DNA from: Methylobacter sp.
GTDB taxonomy: Bacteria > Pseudomonadota > Gammaproteobacteria > Methylococcales > Methylomonadaceae
Direction: 5' to 3'
NCBI GenBank assembly: GCA_038922535.1
Contig: JBCKWO010000001.1
Span: forward strand, 1,723 to 65,722
Length of the DNA stretch: 64,000 bases
Part shown: positions 1 to 8,211 of the stretch, in pieces
How the letters are laid out: each line of letters opens with the position of its first letter
Position numbering within the stretch: the first letter of the stretch is position 1
The notes under the pieces: generated by a model
The model's database searches: none
What the model was told of the DNA's origin: nothing
The model's input: the letters and a program-made list of their open reading frames with translations, nothing else
Position numbers and translations under genes: made by a program

Positions 1-93
1 TTGGCTAACAGCGATCTTAGCGAGCAGCAGCGGCAGGACTATGAGCAGGAGCTGATTGCGGGGTTAACCTCTTACACTTATTTGGCAACATAA
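1..93 (+). CDS. speA: 3' end of biosynthetic arginine decarboxylase (partial)
   Basis: Frame 1 reads LANSDLSEQQRQDYEQELIAGLTSYTYLAT*, matching the SpeA C-terminal EL.AGL.GYTYL motif. Confidence 0.7.
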   Translation: MANSDLSEQQRQDYEQELIAGLTSYTYLAT

Positions 94-94
94 C

Positions 95-952
95 ATGAAA
101 GCAGGCATGATCGGCTTGGGAGCTATGGGCATCGGCATGGCTCGAAATATCGCTAAGGCCGGATACTTGACTGGCGTTTATAACCGCACGTCGACAAAGG
201 CGCAAAGTCTGGCTGAAGAGTTGAGTGTTGTAGCTTTCGATCAGCCGGAAGAGCTCGCGGCAAACGTCGAACTAGTGCTGCTTTGCGTCTCTGCCGACAA
301 CGATGTGCTGGCGATGGTCAAGGCGATAGTAAAAACCATCAAGCCCGGTACTATCGTCGTCGATATGTCTACAGTTAGCAGCGACACCGCCAAACAAGCC
401 GCCGCGATGCTGGCTGAAAAACAGGTGGCTTTTCTCGATGCGCCGGTATCCGGCGGCGTTGAGGGCGCTAAAAACGGCACACTGGCGATGATGGTCGGCG
501 GCGACCATGATGCGTTGGAACAAGCCCGGCCGGTACTGGAAACCATGACCAGCCGCATTATGCACATGGGCGCAACCGGCTCAGGCCAAGCCACTAAAGC
601 GGTCAACCAAATCATGGGCGCGGGCATCAATCAGGCGGTGACTGAAGCGTTGGCTTTCGCACAGGCTCAGGGTTTGCCGATGGAAAAAGTGATCGAAGTT
701 ATCTCCGGTGGCGCGTCAGGCAACTGGTTTTTGCAGCATCGCGGTTCCACGATGACGCGAGGCATCTTTGCTCCGGGCTTTAAGCTTGCCTTGCACCATA
801 AGGATTTAAAAATCTGTCAAAGCATGGCGAAACAAACCGGCACACCGACCACGCTGATCGACATGACGATTAACGATTACGAACGGCTAATGGCGGAAGG
901 TTACGGCGATGAGGATATTTCGGCGCTGTATAGACTAAAAGCTATCGACTAA
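95..952 (+). CDS. NAD(P)-dependent oxidoreductase, 3-hydroxyisobutyrate/2-hydroxy-3-oxopropionate reductase family
   Basis: GMIGLGAMG Rossmann motif, DAPVSGG, KAVNQ, KDL. Confidence 0.9.
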   Translation: MKAGMIGLGAMGIGMARNIAKAGYLTGVYNRTSTKAQSLAEELSVVAFDQPEELAANVELVLLCVSADNDVLAMVKAIVKTIKPGTIVVDMSTVSSDTAKQAAAMLAEKQVAFLDAPVSGGVEGAKNGTLAMMVGGDHDALEQARPVLETMTSRIMHMGATGSGQATKAVNQIMGAGINQAVTEALAFAQAQGLPMEKVIEVISGGASGNWFLQHRGSTMTRGIFAPGFKLALHHKDLKICQSMAKQTGTPTTLIDMTINDYERLMAEGYGDEDISALYRLKAID

Positions 953-1021
953 AATTGGATTGAAAATTAAAACAGACCTGTTAAAGTCAGGCGCACTTTA
1001 AACATTAACTGAGGAATAATT

Positions 1022-1192
1022 ATGTCGGATTACAAAAAATACCAGTGCAGCGTTTGCGCCCATATTTACGATGAAGCGGAAGGCGACCCGGATTCCGGCA
1101 TTGCGCCGGGTACCTTATGGAAAGATATTCCCGATGATTGGCGCTGCCCCGAATGCGGCGTAGAAAAAAGCGAATATGATTTGCTAGACTAA
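1022..1192 (+). CDS. Rubredoxin (56 aa, not in ORF track)
   Basis: [56 protein letters not shown]; two CxxC motifs; GAGGA RBS. Confidence 0.95.
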   Translation: MSDYKKYQCSVCAHIYDEAEGDPDSGIAPGTLWKDIPDDWRCPECGVEKSEYDLLD

Positions 1193-1214
1193 GCAATCCT
1201 TACCGAGGAACAGT

Positions 1215-2219
1215 ATGCAGATTGTTATCATCGGCTCAGGCGTGGCCGGGGTCAGTTTCGCCGAGAAGTATCGAGCGTTATCAGCAATTGATGACATTAC
1301 GCTGGTGACTAGGGAGCATGACGGCTATTATTCACGGCCGCTGCTGTCCCGTGGGTTTAGCAAGGCCAATATTGAACAATCCATCATCCTGAAAGCGTTT
1401 GACAAGCTGCGCGAAAACAACATCAATGTGCTGTGCGGAGTCGAAGTAACGGCCATCAATCGCGGTGAAAAATCCATTGCTCTCGGCGAGGGAAAAACGC
1501 TGCACTACGACAAACTGATACTTGCGCAGGGTTCTTCTGCATTTATTCCGCCGCCGTTTCGGCCATATAACGAGCTGTTTTTTTGCCTGAACAGCCTGGT
1601 CGATTTGAAAGCCTTGCGACAATTTCGTCAACAGCAGTTAAATCAAAATCGGCAGCCTGATTGGGCGATTGTCGGCGGCGGTTTAATCGGTTGCGAAGTG
1701 GCATCCGATTTAGCGGCGGCGGGCGATAAGGTTACCCTGTTCCATGCGATGGATCGGTTAATGGAGCGTCAGCTGGTGGCCGAGGATTCGGCTTTGTTGC
1801 TTAAGGTGTTGCAGGATTCCGGCATCAAAGTATTGCTAAATCAGGGCGTAAAGGAATTTACCAAAGAAGGCGATAAGGTTTGCGTAACAACCGAGGTGAC
1901 GGCTGAGTTTGACGGCTTGATAGTCGCCTGCGGGTTTAAACCGCGCACCGAGTTGGCGGAACTTGCAGGCCTCGAAATAGGCCGTGGCATCAAGGTTAAC
2001 CAATGTTTGCAGACCAGTGACGAATCTATTTACGCGCTGGGCGATGTGGCCGAGTTGCCGAACGGAAAGCTTTACGCCTTTATTTTACCAATACGCAATC
2101 AGGCCTTATGGCTGGCGGAGTTTCTGGCTGGACAAACACAGGAAGGCTGGACACCCCCGGTTTTTACCACCAAAGCCAAAGTGCATGGTTTTCAGGCTGT
2201 TCATCCGTATAATGTGTAG
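1215..2219 (+). CDS. FAD-dependent rubredoxin-NAD(+) reductase-like oxidoreductase
   Basis: GSGVAG, YSRPLLS, GGGLIGCE, TSDESIYALGD; adjacent to rubredoxin. Confidence 0.85.
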   Translation: MQIVIIGSGVAGVSFAEKYRALSAIDDITLVTREHDGYYSRPLLSRGFSKANIEQSIILKAFDKLRENNINVLCGVEVTAINRGEKSIALGEGKTLHYDKLILAQGSSAFIPPPFRPYNELFFCLNSLVDLKALRQFRQQQLNQNRQPDWAIVGGGLIGCEVASDLAAAGDKVTLFHAMDRLMERQLVAEDSALLLKVLQDSGIKVLLNQGVKEFTKEGDKVCVTTEVTAEFDGLIVACGFKPRTELAELAGLEIGRGIKVNQCLQTSDESIYALGDVAELPNGKLYAFILPIRNQALWLAEFLAGQTQEGWTPPVFTTKAKVHGFQAVHPYNV

Positions 2220-2282
2220 CTGGGATTAACAAGCGCGACAAGATTCTTGCCTAAAGCTAAAATTGGATTTAATACCGAGGCC

Positions 2283-2936
2283 ATGACTCAAAACCGTTAC
2301 TCTGACGCGGAATGCGCCGCCGTCTATCGAGCCATTTATGAGCGTCGCGATATGCGCCATTTTTTGCCCGATCCGATAGCTCCCGAGCTGCTGCTTCGCC
2401 TGCTTAATGCCGCGCATCACGCACCCAGCGTCGGTTTTATGCAGCCTTGGCGGTTTATCCGCATCAGCTGCCCGGAACTTCGCAAAGCCATATATGCGCT
2501 GGTCGAAAAGGAACGCATTCTGACCGCCAAGGCTTTAAATGAACGCGAAGACGAGTTTATGAAGCTGAAAGTGGAAGGGTTACTCGAATGCCCTGAAGTG
2601 CTGGTTGCGGCTTTATGCGAACAGCGCGAACAACATATCTTCGGTCGCCGCACCCTGCCGGAAATGGATTTAGCATCATTAGCTTGCGCGATACAAAACA
2701 TGTGGCTGGCGGCGCGAGCGGAAGGCATCGGTTTGGGTTGGGTGTCGATGTTCGAGCCGGAGGCCTTAAAAACTTTATTAAACATGCCCGAAGGCAGCCA
2801 ACCGTTTGCGGTGTTATGCCTGGGGCATGTTGATAAATTCTACGACAAACCGATGCTGGAGCAAGAGCAATGGGCGGATCGTAAGAATCTTAACGATTTA
2901 TTATTTGAAAACGTTTGGAATACACCGTGCCGTTAA
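2283..2936 (+). CDS. bluB: 5,6-dimethylbenzimidazole synthase
   Basis: ERRDMRHF, HHAPSVGFMQPW, CAIQNMWLAARAEGIGLGWVS. Confidence 0.93.
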   Translation: MTQNRYSDAECAAVYRAIYERRDMRHFLPDPIAPELLLRLLNAAHHAPSVGFMQPWRFIRISCPELRKAIYALVEKERILTAKALNEREDEFMKLKVEGLLECPEVLVAALCEQREQHIFGRRTLPEMDLASLACAIQNMWLAARAEGIGLGWVSMFEPEALKTLLNMPEGSQPFAVLCLGHVDKFYDKPMLEQEQWADRKNLNDLLFENVWNTPCR

Positions 2937-3961
2937 AATTTGTCATCCCTCCGCTCACATCAACACTCACAGCTGCTTTACAAAGCAAAATCGACCAGCT
3001 TACCAAGCCGCAGGGCTCCCTGGGCCAATTGGAATCCCTGGCGTTACAGGTTGGACGGTGTCAAAACAGCCTGACTCCCAGCTTAAACAAGCCGTGCATC
3101 CTTATTTTTGCCGGAGACCACGGCATTGTCGAGGCCGGAGTCAGCGCTTATCCGCAAGCCGTCACGGCGCAAATGGTCGCCAACTTTTTGGCCGGAGGCG
3201 CTGCGATCAGTGTTTTTGCCCGGCAACACGGTATAGAATTGTGGGTTGTCGATGCGGGAGTCAACGCCGATTTGGACAGCCACCCAAAACTGATAGCTGC
3301 AAAAATCGGTAAAGGCACCCAAAACTTTTTAACTGCTTCTGCGATGACCGACGAGGAATGCGACCAAGCCATGCAGGCAGGAGCTGATCAGGTAAGGCGG
3401 CAACATCAAAATGGCTGTAACTGCATCGGTTTTGGTGAAATGGGCATCGGCAATACCTCGTCCGCAGCACTGCTGATGCACTGTTTAACCAACCTGTCGT
3501 TGGTACGTTGTGTAGGCCGTGGCACCGGGTTAGATAATGGGCAATTGCAACAGAAGCTAACTGTTTTGCAGCGGGTGTTAAATCGGCATAAAGGGATAAC
3601 TGAACCTTTGTCGGTATTAGCTACTTTTGGCGGTTTTGAAATCGTGATGATGGTCGGGGCTTATCTCAAGGCCGCCGAACTGGGCATGCTTATTTTAGTC
3701 GATGGCTTTATTGCCAGCACCGCCCTGTTAGTCGCCAACAAACTGTATCCGCATGTGCAGGATTATTGCGTGTTCAGCCATGTTTCCAGCGAACGGGGCC
3801 ATCAGGCTTTATTGCATCAGTTTAATGCTAAACCGTTGTTGAATCTGGAACTGCGTTTGGGCGAAGGTTCCGGGATTGCCCTGGCCTATCCGCTGGTGCA
3901 ATCGGCGGTGCTGTTTTTGAATGAGATGGCGACCTTTGCCGAGGCTGGGGTTGAGCATTAA
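2915..3961 (+). CDS. cobT: Nicotinate-nucleotide-dimethylbenzimidazole phosphoribosyltransferase
   Basis: LTKPQGSLGQLE, FAGDHG, GEMGIGNT, LRLGEGSG; start may be GTG 2927. Confidence 0.95.
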   Translation: MEYTVPLKFVIPPLTSTLTAALQSKIDQLTKPQGSLGQLESLALQVGRCQNSLTPSLNKPCILIFAGDHGIVEAGVSAYPQAVTAQMVANFLAGGAAISVFARQHGIELWVVDAGVNADLDSHPKLIAAKIGKGTQNFLTASAMTDEECDQAMQAGADQVRRQHQNGCNCIGFGEMGIGNTSSAALLMHCLTNLSLVRCVGRGTGLDNGQLQQKLTVLQRVLNRHKGITEPLSVLATFGGFEIVMMVGAYLKAAELGMLILVDGFIASTALLVANKLYPHVQDYCVFSHVSSERGHQALLHQFNAKPLLNLELRLGEGSGIALAYPLVQSAVLFLNEMATFAEAGVEH

Positions 3962-4015
3962 AAAAGCAGGTGAAAGGTTCAAGGCGAAAGATCCAAGGGC
4001 TTTTTTGCCTGCTTT
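3961..4015. repeat. Heptamer-unit (AAGGYNA-like) hairpin repeat
   Basis: aggtgaa aggttca aggcgaa units, closed by AAAGCAGG...CCTGCTTT. Confidence 0.5.
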
Positions 4016-4157
4016 AAAATTGCTTGCTGATTTGGATACGCTCAACTCGGGAATCGATGCTATTTGGAGTGAAGAAGCGCAAAAAAGATGGCAAGCCTAT
4101 CAAGTGGGCGAGCTAAAAACAGTAAGTTATGCAACGGTTATGCAAAAATACCAATGA
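4016..4157 (+). pseudogene. Remnant of addiction-module antitoxin (TIGR02574-like), 5' part lost
   Basis: LLADLDTLNSGIDAIWSEEAQKRWQAYQVGELKTVSYATVMQKYQ resembles the W..Ea.RR...y..G C-terminus; no toxin follows. Confidence 0.65.
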
Positions 4158-5065
4158 AAATACCATCGTTCCCACGCTCCAGCGTGGGAATGCAGTTAGC
4201 GACGCTCCGGCGTCGTGTTTGGCAACGCTGGAGCATTGCCGGATGCGCTCCCACGCTGGAGCGGTGGAACGATAAACAACTATTTTTATTAGCGCTCAGC
4301 TTTTACACTCGACTGCCAGGGATAGAGCAACGCAGGAGCAGTTGCCGAGGGAACCGATGCGACCGACTGCCCCAACCGCAAACGCCGGATTACACCCAAT
4401 TGCCCCAGGCCGCAGTTTACTTGCCGCTGGTCGGCTGGTTGGTTGGCGGCATCACTGCTTTAAGCTTTTACTTGGCGGATTTAGTTTGGCCGCAGACTAC
4501 AGCGGTGATCCTGGCGCTAATCGCCGGTATTTTGCTGACCGGCGCATTGCATGAAGACGGCTTTGCCGATGTTTGCGACGGTTTCGGCGGCGGCATGGAC
4601 AAACAACGCATCATGGAGATCATGAAAGATTCCCATATCGGAGTCTATGGCGTTCTCGGACTACTGTTAATGCTGTTGTTGAAGATCAGCTTGCTAGTCG
4701 CAATACCTGCCTCTGCCGTGCCTTTGGCCTTGCTGGCCGGACACAGTATCAGCCGGTTCTCGCCGCTGTTGCTGATGCAACGTTATGACTACGCGCGCGA
4801 ACAGCACAGTAAGGCCTCGGGCGCGGTTTATAAACCTGACTTTCAGGAGCTGGCTTTTGCCGCCGTCATCGCGTTTTTGCCATTGCTGTTGCTGCCGATT
4901 TTATCTGTACTGGCAATTATCCCGGTGCTGTTGGCGACCCTGCTTCTGGGACATTATTTTTACCGCCACATCGGCGGCTATACCGGCGATTGCCTAGGCG
5001 CAAGCCAGCAAATCGCCGAGACTGTTTTTTATTTAAGCATGAGTGCCTTATGGATATTTATTTAA
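4154..5065 (+). CDS. cobS: Adenosylcobinamide-GDP ribazoletransferase with two in-frame repeat insertions
   Basis: ALSFYTRLP, TGALHEDGFADVCDGFGGG, IMKDSHIG, GGYTGDCLGA; true start uncertain. Confidence 0.9.
   Translation: MKIPSFPRSSVGMQLATLRRRVWQRWSIAGCAPTLERWNDKQLFLLALSFYTRLPGIEQRRSSCRGNRCDRLPQPQTPDYTQLPQAAVYLPLVGWLVGGITALSFYLADLVWPQTTAVILALIAGILLTGALHEDGFADVCDGFGGGMDKQRIMEIMKDSHIGVYGVLGLLLMLLLKISLLVAIPASAVPLALLAGHSISRFSPLLLMQRYDYAREQHSKASGAVYKPDFQELAFAAVIAFLPLLLLPILSVLAIIPVLLATLLLGHYFYRHIGGYTGDCLGASQQIAETVFYLSMSALWIFI
4166..4273. repeat. Multi-hairpin REP-like element (TCGTTCCCACGCTCCAGCGTGGGAA family)
   Basis: Inverted terminal arms TTCCCACGCTCCAGCGTGGGA...TCCCACGCTGGAGCGGTGGAA; same architecture as 15996-16105. 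Confidence 0.85.
4311..4364 (+). repeat. GGA-loop hairpin element, 54-bp chimeric copy, in-frame in cobS
   Basis: GACTGCCAGGGAT...AGGGAACCGATGCGACC ends identical to the copy at 23320-23370. Confidence 0.85.
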
Positions 5066-5614
5066 TTCGTCATACCCAGACCGCCACCGATCCGGGGCTG
5101 TGTTACGGGCAAAGCGATGTGGCCTTGGCGGATAGTTTTGAAGATGAGCTGGCAAAGCTGCATGACAAATTGCCCGAGTTTGACGAGGATTGCAAGGTGT
5201 TCAGCAGCCCGCTAACGCGCTGCCTGCAATTGGCCGAGACTTTTTCGGATGCCGTGACCACCGATCCGCGCTTGCAGGAGCTGGATTTCGGCGATTGGGA
5301 AGGCCAGCGTTTTGACGATATTGAACCCGTTATTTTGCAGCAGTGGATGGATGACTTTGTCAGCGTTGCCCCCCCCAAATGGCGAAAATTTTGAAGATTT
5401 GTACCGGCGTGCGGATAGCTTCTGGCAGGAGTTATTGGCCGTCAAAGCCGAACAGGTGGTGGTGGTCACCCATGCGGGGGTGATCCGGGCGTTGTTGGCG
5501 CGGGCTTTAAACCTGCCTTTAGCCAATTCATTCCAACTACGGATTGATTCGGGTTCCGTGCATAAGCTGCGCCGGGCGGACGATTATGTTTACATCGAAT
5601 ACATCAATTTATAA
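5050..5614 (+). pseudogene. cobC: Alpha-ribazole phosphatase, frameshifted at a C8 tract (5369-5376)
   Basis: MDIYLIRH, SSPLTRC, ELDFGDWEG in one frame; PPNGE...VVTHAGVIR in the other. Confidence 0.85.
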
Positions 5615-6732
5615 TGAACCACGGCGGCAATATTTACCGGTTCGCCCGGCATCTTGGCTGTCTTCCGGAACAGGTGCTGGATTTTTCGGCCAACATCAAC
5701 CCGGAGCAGGCCGCTGATTTAACTTGCCTGCAAGGTGTCCAGCTGACACCGTATGCCGACCCCGATTACGGTCTGTTAAAGCAGGCGCTCGGCCAACGTT
5801 ATCCGCTTGCTGCGGGCGTCGATATTGAACTGTTTAACGGTGCGAGTGCTGCTATCTTCGCCCTGTTGCGTAGCTTGCAGCCGAAAGATCTGGTGTTATA
5901 TACGCCTTTATATGGCGAGTATGCGCATATCGCCGTGGAGCTGGGTTGCACGGTGCATAACATCAACCGGTTCAGGCATCTTATGGCGGATATTCCCGAA
6001 CGCAGCACGGTGGTTTTCGTCAACCCGTCCACGCCGGACGGACAGCTTTACGACATGGAAAAGTTGCTGGCAACATGGCAGGCGGCAGATTGCACGATCA
6101 TCATCGATGAGTCGTTCCTGGACTTCTGCGCGACTGCCATGGATGGCGGCCGAGACTGCTCCCGGCAGTCTTCGGCATTTCCTCCCTCCCTGGAGGTCAG
6201 AAGTGTCGCAATTGGTAAGGAACCAATGCGACAGGTCGATTCGGTTGCAAAACACATTGCACATTACGATAAACTTTATCTGATCAAATCGTTAAGCAAG
6301 TTTTACGGCTGCGCCGGTATCCGTATCGGCTTTATTCTGGCGGCGATAGCGGCGATAAAGGAACTGCGACGCTTTGAACCGGCATGGAAGCTGTCCAGCC
6401 TGGATATGGCCTATATGCAGCAGGCGATGGCAAATACCGCATTCATCGAACGGACCCGTCGGCAGACCGGCTATTTGCGGGGCTTGCTGAATCAAACCCT
6501 GCAAGATTCCGGTTTGTTCGGTAAGATTTATCCGGGTCAGGCCAATTTTCTGCTGGCGCGACTGGCAAACGGCGATGGTTATCAATTGCAGGAGCAATTG
6601 GAGTCATCGCGGATTTTAATCCGCGTCTGCGATAATTTTGCAGGGTTGGATAAAAGTCATGTGCGTTTTGCCGTAAAAGATGAACCGGCACTATTACAGC
6701 TTGCCCGCAGCTTAAAAGAGATCAATTTGTGA
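5614..6732 (+). CDS. cobD: Threonine-phosphate decarboxylase (PLP class I/II) with a 34-aa repeat-derived insertion
   Basis: HGGNI, LDFSANINP, NPSTPDG, IDESF, SLSKFYGCAGIRIG. Confidence 0.88.
   Translation: MNHGGNIYRFARHLGCLPEQVLDFSANINPEQAADLTCLQGVQLTPYADPDYGLLKQALGQRYPLAAGVDIELFNGASAAIFALLRSLQPKDLVLYTPLYGEYAHIAVELGCTVHNINRFRHLMADIPERSTVVFVNPSTPDGQLYDMEKLLATWQAADCTIIIDESFLDFCATAMDGGRDCSRQSSAFPPSLEVRSVAIGKEPMRQVDSVAKHIAHYDKLYLIKSLSKFYGCAGIRIGFILAAIAAIKELRRFEPAWKLSSLDMAYMQQAMANTAFIERTRRQTGYLRGLLNQTLQDSGLFGKIYPGQANFLLARLANGDGYQLQEQLESSRILIRVCDNFAGLDKSHVRFAVKDEPALLQLARSLKEINL
6132..6233 (+). repeat. Two nested 51-bp GGA-loop elements (outer +, inner - at 6148-6198)
   Basis: 102 bp = 2x51; both copies align to the 23320 and 49565 copies. 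Confidence 0.9.
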
Positions 6733-8129
6733 GACCATTAGCCATATTCGGCACCAGTTCGGATGCCGGAAAAACCACGCTGGTCATGGCCTTGTGCCGG
6801 ATTTTTGCCGACCAAGGCTTAACAGTAGCGCCGTTTAAGGCGCAAAACGTCTCCAATAATTCAGCAGTCACCAAAGAGGGCAGGGAGATTTCCAGAGCGC
6901 AATGCCTGCAAGCGGAAGCGGCTCGGGTGGAGCCGAGTTATCTATTCAACCCGGTGCTACTCAAATCGCATGGCAACGGCACGGTGCAGGTGATTGTCAA
7001 CGGCTTGGTTTATCAAAACCAGTCGATTGCCGCCTATTATGCGGAAATCGATAATTTAAAAGAGCAGGTCAGGCTGGCATTTTCACAGCTAAGCCAAGAC
7101 TATGACCTAGTGATTGCAGAAGGCGCAGGGTCGCCGGTTGAGCTGAATTTACTGAACAAGGATTTGTCCAACACCTTTGTTGCCAACAGCTTCAATACCA
7201 AAAATATCCTGGTCGCGGACATCGAACGCGGCGGCGTATTCGCGTCTATTTACGGCACGCTGGAGCTGATGGATCCGGTCATGCGCAGCAACCTGATCGG
7301 CGTGGTGATCAACAAGTTTCGCGGCGACCGGCGGTTTTTCGACGAGGGCGAAAAGATCATCACCGAGCGCTTCGGCGTTCCTGTTTTAGGCGTGCTGCCG
7401 TTTAAGCCGCTGAATATCGACATGGAAGATTCCCAGTCGCTACGCAATTACCGGCAGCGTCTGGATGATGCCAAAATCCGCGTTGCGGTGATCGCCTATC
7501 AGGGTCTGAGCAATTATAACGATCTTGATGTGCTGATGGCCGATCCCGAGCTGTATGTCGAGCTGATCCACGATTACCGTCCGCTAGAAAGCTTCGACAT
7601 GGTGCTGTTGCCGGGCAGTAAAACCGTGATCCGCGATGTGCAGTGGCTGAAAAAGCAGGGCTTGTTCAAGGAGATTTTGCAGTTCGGCAAGCCGGTGTTT
7701 GGTATCTGCGGCGGCTATCAAATGCTCTGCCGGAGTTTGCACGACCCGGATGCGATTGAGCATGAAACTGCCATTGTCGAAACAGGCTTTGCTTTTATCG
7801 ACGATACGGTACTTTATCAAAGCCCTAAAATCCTGACGCGCGGACAGTACCCGCTGTTTTCATACGCCGAAATCAGCGGCTATGAAATCCATTGCGGGCG
7901 CATGGACAAGTATCCGCTGTATTATCAGGGTGACTGTATTTCTGGAACCCATGTGCATGGGATTTTCGATCATGATGCGTTCCGCACCGCTTACTTTAAA
8001 GCCATTAACCCGCAGTATCGGGGTTATGCCTATGCGCATTATCGCGAAGCGGAAATACAGGGCTTTACCGATATGGTCGCGGAAAATCTGGATATAGACG
8101 CCATTTTGTTGGCCTTGCGATTTTCATAA
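6729..8129 (+). CDS. cobQ: Cobyric acid synthase
   Basis: GTSSDAGKT, PFKAQN, EGAGSPVE, DIERGG, GICGGYQML. Confidence 0.93.
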   Translation: MRPLAIFGTSSDAGKTTLVMALCRIFADQGLTVAPFKAQNVSNNSAVTKEGREISRAQCLQAEAARVEPSYLFNPVLLKSHGNGTVQVIVNGLVYQNQSIAAYYAEIDNLKEQVRLAFSQLSQDYDLVIAEGAGSPVELNLLNKDLSNTFVANSFNTKNILVADIERGGVFASIYGTLELMDPVMRSNLIGVVINKFRGDRRFFDEGEKIITERFGVPVLGVLPFKPLNIDMEDSQSLRNYRQRLDDAKIRVAVIAYQGLSNYNDLDVLMADPELYVELIHDYRPLESFDMVLLPGSKTVIRDVQWLKKQGLFKEILQFGKPVFGICGGYQMLCRSLHDPDAIEHETAIVETGFAFIDDTVLYQSPKILTRGQYPLFSYAEISGYEIHCGRMDKYPLYYQGDCISGTHVHGIFDHDAFRTAYFKAINPQYRGYAYAHYREAEIQGFTDMVAENLDIDAILLALRFS

Positions 8130-8136
8130 TGGAACT

Positions 8137-8211
8137 CGGCAACCGCTAAGTTACATGGATGTAATGAATGTAGAAAATGCAGGAGCATTTTTCTGTCCAT
8201 GCATTGCCTTA
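8137..8211. repeat. Composite GGA-loop hairpin elements at the left border of the R-M island
   Basis: GTTAC-ATGGAT-GTAAT and GTAGAAAATGC-AGGA-GCATTTTTCTGT inserted in a TCGGCAACCGCT..CCATGCATTGCC hairpin. Confidence 0.7.

Noticed and set aside
2220-2282. Cobalamin riboswitch upstream of bluB
   Set aside because: The spacer is too short and no B12-box is recognisable
4088-4153. Longer cobS start from the ORF track
   Set aside because: It overlaps the antitoxin remnant in another frame and shows no CobS similarity
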